Origin: Botryllus schlosseri
Taxonomy: Eukaryota
DNA: 64,000 nt
NCBI GenBank assembly: GCA_051294905.1
Contig: CM119371.1
Location: 22,632,001 to 22,696,000, forward strand
Direction of reading: 5' to 3'
Below the pieces are notes generated by a model, which saw nothing but the letters and a program-made list of their open reading frames with translations, ran no database searches and was not told where the DNA came from. This document shows positions 51,590-63,653 of this stretch, piece by piece; position 1 is the stretch's first letter; every line of letters starts with the position of its first letter. Position numbers and translations under genes: made by a program.

Positions 51590-52637
51590 ATTGGTAGTAA
51601 CTGAAATTTGATAATCCTAAAAAGAGGAGGTTCGAGTCCCTAAACCTTAGGATGGCATTGTCTTTACCTCTCAAAGACATGCTTATACTGCCACGAGAAT
51701 ATAGTTATTCTGAACGTGAAAAAGATTTACCAACAAGTCGCTGCAATATTGATCAATTCCGTACAAAAATAAATATTTGGCAAAGAGCCATATATGGCTC
51801 GCGAGCCACAGGTTCCCGACCGCTGCTCTAATGTGTCAGGAATTTGAGACACAAAATATGGTAATCCTATGCTAAGCGACTATTATACTTATACTATTTT
51901 TAATTACCCAAGTGAACTTTATACGTCGTTACTCATTCAAGCGGTTACGTTTAGACCACATCCGCGTTATAGACGACGAAAGTTACCGTATTTTCCGCGC
52001 TTTCGGGTGTTGGAGTGGAATTTCATTTATTACTATGACTTGACTCGTACCCGTGTCCGTCCTACTTGATGCTACTCTTCTGGACAATAATTATTCATAT
52101 TTTCGCCGCCAGGTCGCATTTTGTCGGCCACAATTTGGCATATCCCGTTCTTCAGTGTTACAGTAGTAAGCTAGTAACAATTAGTGTGTTGCTTAGTTTC
52201 AACCAACCGACTTTCACACGGAGATGTCCCACGAATCAAATTGATAATTATCAAATTAAACGTTTCGTTGTCCATCACACAAGGTAGGTGTAAGGGGTTA
52301 GGGTAGGGTCAAAACTATGTTAAGCGAGGTGCAGCGCTAAACAGCTGGAATCCCTGAAGCATTACATTTACGCAGGAAACAACCATGAAAACCGATGGAA
52401 ACGAATGTTGCAACTGGTTATAATGCCGGACACCGTTCACCTCCTTTAACTATCCTGCGCGTTAATCGTGAATATGCTTCCTGCAACTATTAAACTGACA
52501 ACATCAAATGACCGCAAAAAAGATGAAATCTAGATTCCGTATCTTTGACTAACTCTGTACTTGTGTACTTCCCAGATCTTCTTTCTTTAACCGGCTCCAA
52601 AAGTACTTTTGACAATCGTCATCTCGCCCTGCGAATT

Positions 52638-52955
52638 GTTGTTGTTGTTTTATTAACGCATATGATTGGCGCTTGCAACATCGTGGTTCTTTGCGCCCAC
52701 ACAGTAAATTTCATACATGTCAAAATGGCATGTCTTCTTGAACTTGAGTCTTTTTGTCGGCTCATTTGCTGCCTCCTTTCATGAGTTCGGCTCTCTCATA
52801 GTCTGGGCTTTTCAATGCGCTGTATTACAGCGGGATCGGCGATGAGGAGCCCAGATAAACCTCCGACACATAGAAACATGGCAGAGCCGAGACTCGAACC
52901 ATCAACCATCGATGTCGTGACTGCAGTGTTTAACCAACTGCGCCATTCGCTTCCC
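52638..52955 (-). mobile_element. Full-length tRNA-derived SINE, family A
   Basis: GGGAAGCGAATGGCGCAGTTGG head, GGTTCGAGTCT B box, (AAC)n tail; perfect 13-bp TSD CGCCCTGCGAATT (52625-52637, 52956-52968). Confidence 0.92.
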
Positions 52956-53789
52956 CGCCCTGCGAATTAGAATAAATGTTACAACATGAACAATTTGATC
53001 ACCTGTGCATGTGTTATATTACTTCCGTGCGGAGTATTGAATAAAATATGAAATCGCATGCTGCCAACTGAACATGTGGACCTTTGATATTTATACATCT
53101 ATGTGCCCATACATCACATTTCACTTTAAACACCGCAATAACATTTTCACGCGGTATTTGTAGATGGAGAAGAAGCTAGAGTCAAAGGCAACATCGCGAT
53201 CCAACGATGAAGCATTCTTGAAATCACAAGATGTCACATATTGGGATGGTATCGAGACCTCTATGATAGCAGCATTGCGGGGGATTGACTGCATGACGGT
53301 ATTTATCATACTACATATATGGAGAGTAGGTCCGAACACCGATATATATAAATTCACAGGCGAGCGACTTGTTGGATAAGTACAGGCAGCTAAAAGGCGA
53401 AGACAAGTTTATTCCCTATATTACTGCTCAATTAGAAGATGGACCTCGCGCGAAACGATGTGCATCGGACATAACACGATGGATTGAAAAGAATAACAAA
53501 TAGCTTGTTGTGGTTACCACGTTGACCATCATGTTTACAATAAAATGATTGAACAATGAACATCTTGTGAAAATGATTTAATAAATCGGGAAGTGATTAT
53601 AGGGATATAGTGCGAACGTTCAGTACACTCTCGCATACGCATATAGGAGCCTCGATAAATTGGAAGTGCACGTTCACTAACGAACCTGGGTAGGTTCTAG
53701 ACGAGGGAGGGACAACATACGGCATGAGACGTGATTTTGAGCGGCCCTGATAAAGTTTCCTGTCGTAAATGATAATGTGGCCCGCGATC

Positions 53790-54300
53790 ACAGTCTGCGG
53801 AAATCTCCCACTATAATACTTTTTCATACCTGCTAAAAATGTTCACTCCCATTACACGAGATCCCCGTCAAAAGGAAATATCTACGTACCCCCACCCAAT
53901 AGCAACCTAACTAAGAGATCCATCGACTACTCGGGACTTATCATCTGGAATGCATTACCACCACATATCCGTGAATTGCCTTATAATAGATTTTAAAAAA
54001 CCTACTTGATGACCTCTTGTCGTTATACTAACACTGTTGCTCTACCTCGCCCATACATTGCTTCATTGATCATTTTCTACAGCCGTTAAATTTTCTTTTA
54101 TTTTCCTTTATTCAACTAACATTTTTTACAGCCCGAATGTTCAGAGTCAAGTGTACCTGTTTGATGCCGGTGTGATCAGATTAGTTAACCCTGAAGGTCG
54201 TATCGATATTACTATCTAATACCTAATACTGTGCATGCATATGTTCTGGACCACCATCATTGTCGTCTGTTTTTATGTAATTTGGTTGGATGAAAATATA

Positions 54301-54345
<45 letters not shown>
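53790..54345 (+). mobile_element. 3' fragment of CR1/L2-type LINE with (CT)n tail
   Basis: FFIPAKNVHSHYTRSPSKGNIYVP...RSIDYSGLIIWNALPPHIR matches the C-terminus of the 50246 ORF; 3' UTR ends in a CT microsatellite at 54301-54345. Confidence 0.8.
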
Positions 54346-55114
54346 GTGCGTGTGTGTAAGAGTAGAGTGCGAGAGTGGAGCTTACGCAAAAGTTCGTCAA
54401 CACGAAGAGGATGGTATTACCGGCATTTACGCATGTACTCAACCGTAATGAATTGATATCCTTGCAAATTTGGAAAAATCTCAAGCCCTCACAAATGATA
54501 ATGATGTTTCAGTTATTCTTGAGTTCTATATTTTCTTTGTGTGCAACTTGCGGCCAGAGTTGAAAGAACCTGTTCAAAGCTTTGATCGACCACAGATGTG
54601 TAGTCGACTTCAACAGCTATTGACATACATTACATTATAAAATTCATTGAATATTGTTTTAATTTCTACGCTCAAAAGTTAAAATTTATATTAAATACGA
54701 TTAATCCTTGTATAGGAGTATAAATACGCGTCGTATGTACCGATTCAGGAATCTGGCCCGCCAAGTACTTCATTTCCCCATATCAAGCCCGCCGACTGGA
54801 GAAGTTGCCCGCCCCTGTTCGTTCCAGTGGAACGAAAGTTCCGATATTCTCAATTTTGGTATTCAAAATTCTTCAAGTTCGACTTTATATTACTTGCACT
54901 CGAGGCGGTAAAAAGGAAATTCAACAAAAAACTGAGATGAACCTTGTATCGATTTTCATGATCTCTATTTCAAATATCACAGTCTTCTGTGTGTTAAAAA
55001 TGAAATTAGTTTATCCCGTCAGGTAATGTCATGAATGTAGATCTACGCCTCATACAGCTGCATCGTATTATTTATGAAATAAGTTTCGCAGTGTGAAATT
55101 CTAAGGGTTGTGAC

Positions 55115-55991
55115 TAGGGCGATCTTTTATACCTTAAAACAGAAATTTTTGAGATAAAATCAAAATTATTTTGACTTTTTTCGTCATAAAAAAACTTAAT
55201 TTTGACTAAATACTGACCTCACATGTGCAAAGTGGGAGTTTTAGCATATGTTAAATTTGTACTACTTATCTGCATTTCTGGTTGGAACTGTCTGTCCTTA
55301 CGAAGTAGTTAGGCCTGAAAAAACGTTTTTAACTGAAAACCTGTCGAGTTTTTACGTGCAGAAAACTAGTATTTTAACGAAATCTGGCCGTATGAAGAAT
55401 ACCATTATTAATTCATTACGTATTATGGTTGAAATAATTAAAATTTGTTGGAGTACAACGAAAGATACTTTTCTGCATTCTCGGGTAAAAATTGTCTGTC
55501 CATACTAAGTAGTTTGCCAAGAATGGAGAAAGAACGTTAAACAGCATCAGTTATTGGCTGACAACACTGAAGTTGTGCGTGCACTGCTGGTGACACACCG
55601 TGTTGCTTCATTCTGACAATGTTGCCTATATCACAATTTTTATCATGCGCTTCTTGATATAAGAATCGTGCAATGCCCAAGCAGTCTTGCTTCAGTTAGA
55701 TATTGGGTACAATGACCATAACATCCTGTCAACCTATTTGTTTCGTTTGGCCGTTTATGATTCTCATTGAGCAGAGAATTGGCCGTCTACAATGGTAGGC
55801 TGTATAAAGTAAGCCTAGGTTACAAGCTGTAAATTATCAAATCATATGTTCACTGACATGTCAAATCTACGGTACAAACGAAATCCGGAGGTCAAAAATT
55901 GTTTGCCTTTGTGAACAATTTTGACAAATTTGGACGTAACGCTACAATTTTGGCAAAATTTTGGCTTATTTTGATATGTCAAAAAAATCGC
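55115..55991 (+). mobile_element. TAGGGCGATTTT-family MITE
   Basis: End-to-end homology with the 28459 and 62837 copies. Confidence 0.87.
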
Positions 55992-56599
55992 TCATGACTC
56001 TCAGTTCCAATGATTTTAGAGCTCTGATAAATATAACATATAAAGTTCAGAATAAGGCCGTAGATGGGTAATATTACCGTAATCAGAAATGAAAATGTAT
56101 TGGTGCAATAACAATAAATGCATTAAATTATTTGTACGGATCCGTTCTGTAATTTTATCAACCTCAAAAAACCACGCAAAAATAGTACCTCTTGCTCCTC
56201 TGGTTTAGTTACAAGCGTCTGCCATTGCAATGCGGTGACGAGTGGAGTCCCACCTGGGTCCTGCGATAATTTACGGCCTTATGGCGCATTACACTTGCAA
56301 TATCGGGGAGGTCGACGTTCGTAAAACAGACATCAGAGATTGCTAACGATTTCACTTCTCGCTACCAGACGCTTCGCTTTAGATAAGTCTCACGAAGTCG
56401 TATAACATACGAAATTAGTACTTTCACGTTAGACCACCCAAAGTAACATTCGGCAACGTCGAAGATACAGTTATCCACGAATCAAAGAAATAGACTGTAG
56501 TGTACAGCGATAAGGACCAAACCTCCAATGTTAAGTATTTTATTGCATGGTAAAACCAATTAAAGGATGTTAAGAATAAATTGATATCGTTTTCATAAG

Positions 56600-57290
56600 T
56601 AACCTCTCGCAATAACGAAGACCAAGCTTATGGTCATGAAGTTCCGACCTCAAATTCGGTGAATCGAATGCATCAATGAAGTATGCAAGCTACGACTGGT
56701 TACGTCCTTCACAGCATCTTTTCTCTCAGAGACAATCATTTCTTCTATGCTTCTATGCTTCGGCTAGTTATTGTAATCAATGGGCACAGTGATCATGATC
56801 GCACACTTTAAAGGTCGATTTTGATGACTAGAACAGGTCAAGCTTCGGGGCCTTCAAAACGTTACAAGACATATTCGGCACTGAGACTTGAGGATGAGAG
56901 CAACTGATTGTTTCAATGCTATTCAGGATGAAAAACTGGATGGAACAAACTTAGCGAGTGGTTCTGAAGGAGAAAGCAATACCCACGAGAGAGTAAGTCG
57001 AAATAGCATGAACTTGTGTCACCGAAATCATCAACAATTAACACTCCCAGCAATTCAATTTTTGAGGACCTTTTTGCCACAATAAGACACCTCCTCGCTG
57101 TCAGGAGATAAAGGAGATCTAGTAATTTCAATGATCCATTTGATCACCCAATTAGCGAAATCTTGTAGAAAATAGATTTTACCATCTTGCAAGATAACTG
57201 CATCAGACAAGGGATTGGGTGAATATTTGTGCCAGCTATTTCCAATCGTCCAACAAGCATTAATAAGGCTCAAGAATGCAGCCATATCTT
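56600..57290 (-). pseudogene. Heavily decayed P-element/THAP9-like transposase remnant
   Basis: AAFLSLINACWTIGNS...LSDAVILQDGKIYFLQDFANWVIKW, then in another frame DLLSRGYCFLL and LREV. This is the recalled motif order of P-like transposases. Confidence 0.45.
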
Positions 57291-58368
57291 CCCTGTGAGG
57301 CTGGTAGCTTTTGCAAGCTGCAATTTAGTCGACTTGTGGAATGGGGCGGGAGCTAACTTAACACATTTTAAAATTTTCAGACCTGCAATACCGGAGTAAA
57401 ATCCGGAAAAATAGCAAATTTCTACCGCTTCGTGGTCGGTTGACTAAAAAAATCCAATTTCCGGCTTAAATCCTGAAATACAGTTTCTCTTTCACGTTGT
57501 CTGTTGGTTGACTAAAAAAACAACTTTCCGGCTCAGCTGCGGAAATAGTCGACGGAGCGTTACTTCAGTGCTGATTTGCTGCATCTCACTCGAATGTTAC
57601 CCTCATAAAAAGGACATTTGGACGTCCTCCGAGGATACTTTCAAAAAAGTAAAAAAACAGACAAATCCTCTTTAAGGAGGAAGTATGCTAACCGTATCAT
57701 ATACATATTATGCTGCCACGCCGACGAAGGACGGAGAATCTGGGTTAGAATGCAACAGTTCGGGCTTCTGAATAATCTTCTGTCGGTTAGAAGTTACCTG
57801 TAGAAACATATGCACGGTTGATTCTCCCGCGCACGCCTGAAGTCGAAAGGCTGCTAAACACAGTTCTAAATTACAGGTATATATTATGCCATACGGTCCA
57901 TTCCGTTCAAACCGGACCATTTGGTTCCGCTCATTTTTGGCGGAATTAAGCGGTGAAAACGGCTTTATCCGAATTAGGGGGAAATCAATTATTCATTTCA
58001 TGGTCATACAACAATTACTGTGCTGTTGCGTATTAAATGAAGAACACTGCACTATACTGTACTGTAGTAGGTGGCACTGATCGCACAAAACGCACAGCAG
58101 TTTTACTTCCATGTTAGTTGTACTATGCAGCATTTCGATACCTAACGATTCAACAAATATAATGTATATTTTGTTACTGTGCAGCACACACAAATTGGGT
58201 CGAAAGAGCATAGTAATTCCTCAAATGGACGAAGTGGTAAAACGCAAATTTCGCTTGATAAAAGTACCAAACAGTACGAATAACTGCAGTTCGATAAATA
58301 CCCAGGTCTCACCACGATGCGACTCCGTCCGTATCAAAAAAGTAGTTATCCAGGTCCAATCCGGCTAT

Positions 58369-59318
58369 CAGTGTTGGGATCAAGTCACTACCTTCGAGTC
58401 ACGAGTCATTTCGAGTCATTGAACATTTTGACTCGAGTCAAGTCAAGTCACTCGATTTTTGGAGGTGACTCGAGTCAAGTCGAGTCAAGTCAAGTCAAGT
58501 CACGAGTCAAGTCACATTTCAAGTCAATTTGCCTTTTCGAAGTATGAGGCATGCCTACGCCATTGCATTTTGCTAGCTGTCTGAATACAGATTGACTGGT
58601 CATTGATTTGGAACCGATGAACGAATATGAAGTTAAATATACACGTAAGACGGCGCTGTATCGCTTACATATACGTAGAAATGCTAAACCACGCAAGCAT
58701 AATTGCATAGCCTCAGTTTATAGTTACCACCCAAATAGAATAAAGAATAGAGAATAGAGAAACGAATTGATAAGATGTAATACATCACCCATTTACAAAT
58801 GGATATGATACAATTCGAGCCTGCGCCGATGGTCGAGGACTATATAACCTAACTTCGAATTTAATTTCAAGAAAACAAGAGGCTTGGTTCAGGTACAGAA
58901 AACAGTAATAGACATTTTTCTTTACTACTTTACATTACTATACTAGTTTACGACAGCGTAAGCTGTAAGCTTCGATCCCTTCGTACGCGGTCAATTTATT
59001 TGTGAGAGAACAATGGGGAGGCTCAGTAAAACGCATGATCATTGAATGATTGATTGGTCGCTCTCACGGGTTACACCAGCGTTTCGCGAACAATCCGATT
59101 GCAAGATACATTGATTTTTATCGACATCGATTGCTTGATGACTTGAAATTGACTCGAGAATTCTGCTTCGAGTCACGAGTCAATCCACTTTTTTGTTACG
59201 CCGAGTCAAGTCAAGTCAAGTCATTTTAACAAAGTGACTCGAGTCAAGTCAAGTCATACGAAAAAGGTGACTCGAGTCTGACTCGAGTCAAGTCATGACT
59301 CGAGTCATCCCAACACTG
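58369..59318 (+). mobile_element. hAT-type MITE with (CAAGT/GAGTC)n arrays, intact copy
   Basis: TIR CAGTGTTGGGAT / ATCCCAACACTG; perfect TSD CCGGCTAT. Confidence 0.93.
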
Positions 59319-59708
59319 CCGGCTATACGCCCCAAATGAAATAACCAGTCAATATCCACACTGTATCTGGCTATATTCTGCGCTCTACACCCAGTTTCTG
59401 CGGGCGTTTCTGGAAAAGTACAAATACGTCTCCAATTCAGATTCAGCATTATCAGCAAAAGTAGAAATCCGGTTCCGTTATGGTTTTAACGAAAAACCAT
59501 TTATGAGAAAGCAGCGGTGCCTTTTGAGATGGGCGAGGTGTGCCCCGCCCTCCCCCTGGTCGACGGGCGCCCCTCTTTGGTCAATCATCAAATCTCTGCA
59601 TTTGTTAGAAAAGTCCCATAGCCCGATAATCATCTATTATCTGCATGCAGTAGAGGCACTTAGTTTTGATGTAGTCTATCCTTGCAACCATGGAATAATA
59701 GATACGGC

Positions 59709-59736
59709 CAGGGCCTACTATATATAGTAGGCCCTG
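59709..59736. repeat. 28-bp perfect palindrome with flanking target duplication
   Basis: CAGGGCCTACTATA|TATAGTAGGCCCTG; GATACGGCC at 59701-59709 and 59736-59744. Confidence 0.9.
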
Positions 59737-60027
59737 ATACGGCCTAATCCAGCTCCAGGCTCAAACCTTGACGTTGCGTGGTGGCTAATTACTAATATTA
59801 GCCGATATCATTCCAGATTAGTGTGGGTCTATTTAGCCTGCAGAAGTTGTATCGCTATTCTATTATTTCACGCTACATGCCATACATCTTCAACATGAAG
59901 GCATGAGCTATATAGTTAACTGGTTCAATTCTTTTATAATTTGACAATGTGTGATAAAAGCAGGCTCAAGAGCTAGATCAATTCAACATTCCGGCCTACT
60001 TCAAAGCCGTGTCATACTGTCATATGC

Positions 60028-60426
60028 TAGGGTTACCATACGACCTCTTTCAAGAGGATTTGCCCTCTTTTTTTACTTTTTTGAAAGTGTCCTCGGTGGA
60101 CGCCCTTTTGTCCTATTTTTGGGAATTTATATAGGATATTTATAGAAGAATTCGATTGAAATGCCGTAAACCAGCACCGAAGTGACGCTCCGGCGGTTAT
60201 TTCGGGAGCTGAGTAGAAAGTTGACTTTTTTAGTCATCCACCCGACAATGTGCAGGATAAAACTGTAATTTGGGCGTTGAGCGAGAAAGTTGAGCTTTTT
60301 TTATTTAGTGAACCGACCACAAGGTGGGAAAATTTACCAGTTTTGGAGAATTCTCCTCCGGTTCTGCAATTTTGAAAATTATGAAAAAGTGTCCTCCTTT
60401 CAGATTTCCAAAATATTGTAGCCCTA
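60028..60426 (+). mobile_element. Blackjack-like hAT MITE
   Basis: TAGGGTTACCATA / TATTGTAGCCCTA; TSD TCATATGC/CGATATGC; relatives at ~48655-48954 and ~57300-57690. Confidence 0.8.
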
Positions 60427-62836
60427 CGATATGCACATCACGTAATCCCGTTCCATATGGCTCACTAATATTAAGTTGGTTAGCTGCGATGACATAGTCT
60501 ACTTATAGGGCCCACCCGGAAGTCTCGCCCAGCCCCCCAATCGTATCGTCCCCACTGTGTGAGAGCTAACAATGCTACCAGATGGCTAAATGCATAAGGC
60601 ACAATGTTTCGGTGAGCCCGTGCGTTTGTGTTGCGGTCGTGGCCAAAAATGGTATCGACACTGACGCTATGGTTCCAAAGTATCAGCGAATATTAAGCTG
60701 ACACGGCCTTACGTCTTATATGCGTTCATTGTCGATTGTTTGGTTTGAATTGACAATGTTGTATAAAAATGAGCATCTACGGAGATTGGTGGTAACGATG
60801 TCCGATTGAATGCGGCTAGTAAGACCACGAATTTCTTCATCACATATTTGTATATACATTCTTTTTGCGAAAGAATTCTCAATTTAAAGGGTGCTACAAA
60901 CAGATTTCTTTATTGCATAACCCTTCCCCATTTTCCGGGCCACTAATTCCTCCCGGGAATCTCAGTTTGGGAATTACAGGCATAACCTGTGTTGATGCAT
61001 CGACATAATTTCTGTTTATGGTACTTGTTGAATACCACCAATATAAACATATTATACCAAGGCAACTCGGTAGTATACTAGGCTTACTACGCTTTAATAC
61101 ACATGGCTTTCGCTCTAGCCACCGGCGAAACGTAAATATTTCCACGCAAGTTTATCGCGCCCTTTTATTTCAACGAAGCAAGGAGTCTCTGCCAACTAAA
61201 ACGTATATTACTTCGTAGGATATAGGTTCGAATTAACTGTAGGAAAATTTTCCGTATCTTGTCAGCATGGTAACATATTTTATAACAACGCACTGGTAGG
61301 TTAGGAGAATACTTCGTGGTATACTATCATTTTACTGTCAAGGAGAAAATCATAACAGCCAGGTTTGGCAAATCTCTAGCATGAAAAATGGCGCCATGTT
61401 TAGACGTTACTATCAAACGGGATTCATAACACTGGTCGACATTTTCTGACTTTTTTTAGAACGAATAATTGAGTTTACTTAATTTGACGATGCTGATTAC
61501 GAATTTGCCGTCAGAAGTCACTCATCACCTCACAATTTTTTGCAAAGATCGAATAAAGATTTCACTCAAAAACGGCTTTGTTAAGGGCACTTATGCCCGT
61601 TTATTTCCGTATATTTTACAAAACACATCCTACAATGCTGTTGACTTACTTTATCTGGTTTGAGGTTTTATTATCTTAAAGTGAACCCTCCAAATAATCA
61701 GGATCGTTAGTATTTTCAAAAAAATTAGATGCAACTTCCATGATTCATGTGTTTTTTTTCCAAATGCGCCTTCCTAATAAGAAATAAAGGTTTTTGTGAG
61801 TGTTCTGATTTGAGGTCTCACAAATACACACTCTATTGTATTAACACAAGTTAGGAAACATTTCGTGAATGTATTTTGAACAACGTGCACTCTCTTTTGT
61901 CAGGGCCTTTAAAAAGTTTTTCATGAGATCCGGTTTAATATATAATGCTGGTCGAATTGCAACATTAGATCTGTCGATAAAAGCAAACTCTCCCACATTT
62001 TAAAGCCTGGCGTAAGATACTCCCTCATCGGCCATATACGCTTTATTCAATGATTTCTTCTGTCACAGGCACACATAAAACAAGGATACCTCGTAGTTCT
62101 GGACAATTGAACCAGTAGCATAATTATGAGTTCAAAATCAACGGAAACTTAACATGTTAAAGTAGTTTGAGTACTATATACCACATTGGAAAGAAAAAGT
62201 TTCATATTCTCGTAAGACCCCTTGATGCCAGTTGTACCAGCTAGAACAGCGTTTCACAACCTTTTTGGACATGCGCCCCCCTTGGCGATGGTCAAAAAAT
62301 CCCCCCCGCACTTATCGTGATTTCGAAAAGAGCACGTCATCTAATACAGAGGTAGGCAACCTTTTTGCTTATCATGGCGTATTTCGATTACTTATCAAGC
62401 AGATAGGAATCAATACACAAAATTGATGATTGCAAAAGCGCGCATCCAATCACTATTTGCCCTTTTCCTCTTATATGCAACACTGGGGCAGGGGGTTTGG
62501 GCAACGCATTGACTTGCTCTCTTCGCGACACTATGCGGACTATAATGGCGTTCTGGGCTGTTTCGATGCATTTCCCTATCTATGTTCGCAAATCGTTACT
62601 GGTGTAACCGACCAAGCGTTGGAAGGAATTTCAATTCGTAGGCACATAGGATAACACACTGTCCAGTGTCGCGCTAAGATTATAAAACCGTCAACAAAGA
62701 ACGTGCATCATTTACTAATCCAATTCAGAAAGGAGACGGCTATTCTCGGCGTGAGGCATGCGCGCCTCCAAATCGATGAGTTTAAAAAGTCACGTTTCCT
62801 TATCCTCTGGCGTCGCTTAGATATTCGTCTCATTAG

Positions 62837-63653
62837 TAGGGCAGTTTTTTTTTTACCTAAAAAAACTAAATTTTGACCAAATTTTGACCTAGCGTATGCA
62901 AATTAGATGTTTTCCCACATAATGTTAAAATTGCACCACTTATCTTCATTTCTGGTTTGAACTGACTGTCCTAACGAAGTAGTTTGGCCTGAAAAAACGT
63001 TTTTGGCTTAGAAACAGGCAACTTTTTACATGAATTTTTTTTTAACGAAATCTGGCCCTATGAAGAATTCCAGTGGTTACAATATGTATTATGGTAGAAA
63101 TAATTAAAATATTTTGTAGTACAACGAGAGATGCTTTCCTGGATTCTTGGGTAGAAAGTGCACGTCCTTAATAAGAAGCTTGTCAAGGACGTTCAACAGC
63201 AGCAGTTGTTGGCCGACAACACTCAAGTTGTGCGTACACTGCTGGTCCTGGTGACACACCGGGTTGCTTCATTCTGACAATGTTGTCTACATCACAATTT
63301 TTCATCATGCGCTTCTTAATATAAGAATGATGCAATGCACAAGAAGTCTTTCTTCAGTTAGGATATTGCGGTACGTTGACCATAACACCATGTCTACCTA
63401 TTATTTTTTTTTACCGTTTATGATTCACAATGAGCAGACGATCAGCCGTTTACAACGGTAGTCCTATAAAATAGGCTAAAAGTGGTAAAATATCAAATTA
63501 TAAGTTCACCGACATTGCTAAATCTACGGTACAAACAAAATGCAGACGTCAAAAATTTATTGATTTAATGAAAAATTTTGACAAATTTTGACCTAACGCT
63601 ACAATTTTGACAAAATTTTGACAAATTTTGACATGTCAAAAAAACCCGCCCTA
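62837..63653 (+). mobile_element. TAGGGCG-family MITE
   Basis: TAGGGC / GCCCTA ends; TSD CTCATTAG/CTCATTAC. A related end begins at ~63815 and runs out of the window. Confidence 0.87.

Larger units (their letters stand above)
49319..51825. mobile_element. Charlie-type hAT element hosting a LINE
   Basis: Decayed left end ccgttgtcgcgagcct, right end AGGTTCCCGACCGCTG; GAGCCA motifs; flanks CTCTATAG/CTCTAATG. Confidence 0.65.

Noticed and set aside
52293..52310. GGGGTTAGGGTAGGG as telomeric repeat or G-quadruplex
   Set aside because: Only one TTAGGG and three G-runs; not significant.
52880..52955. tRNA genes at SINE heads (also ~4470-4542, 5179-5250, 8890-8974)
   Set aside because: A/B boxes are present but the cloverleaf stems are broken, and each continues into a SINE body and tail.
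53121..53390. Coding-like island with faint resemblance to GCNT (TYSP), GT61 or LicD motifs in different frames
   Set aside because: The resemblances are weak and mutually exclusive, with stops and no partner exons.
58381..58520. Regular GAGTC/CAAGT repeats (also 30240-30730, 38320-38420, 59140-59310) as a CRISPR-like array
   Set aside because: These are pentamer subterminal arrays of TIR elements with TSDs; there are no unique spacers and no cas genes.
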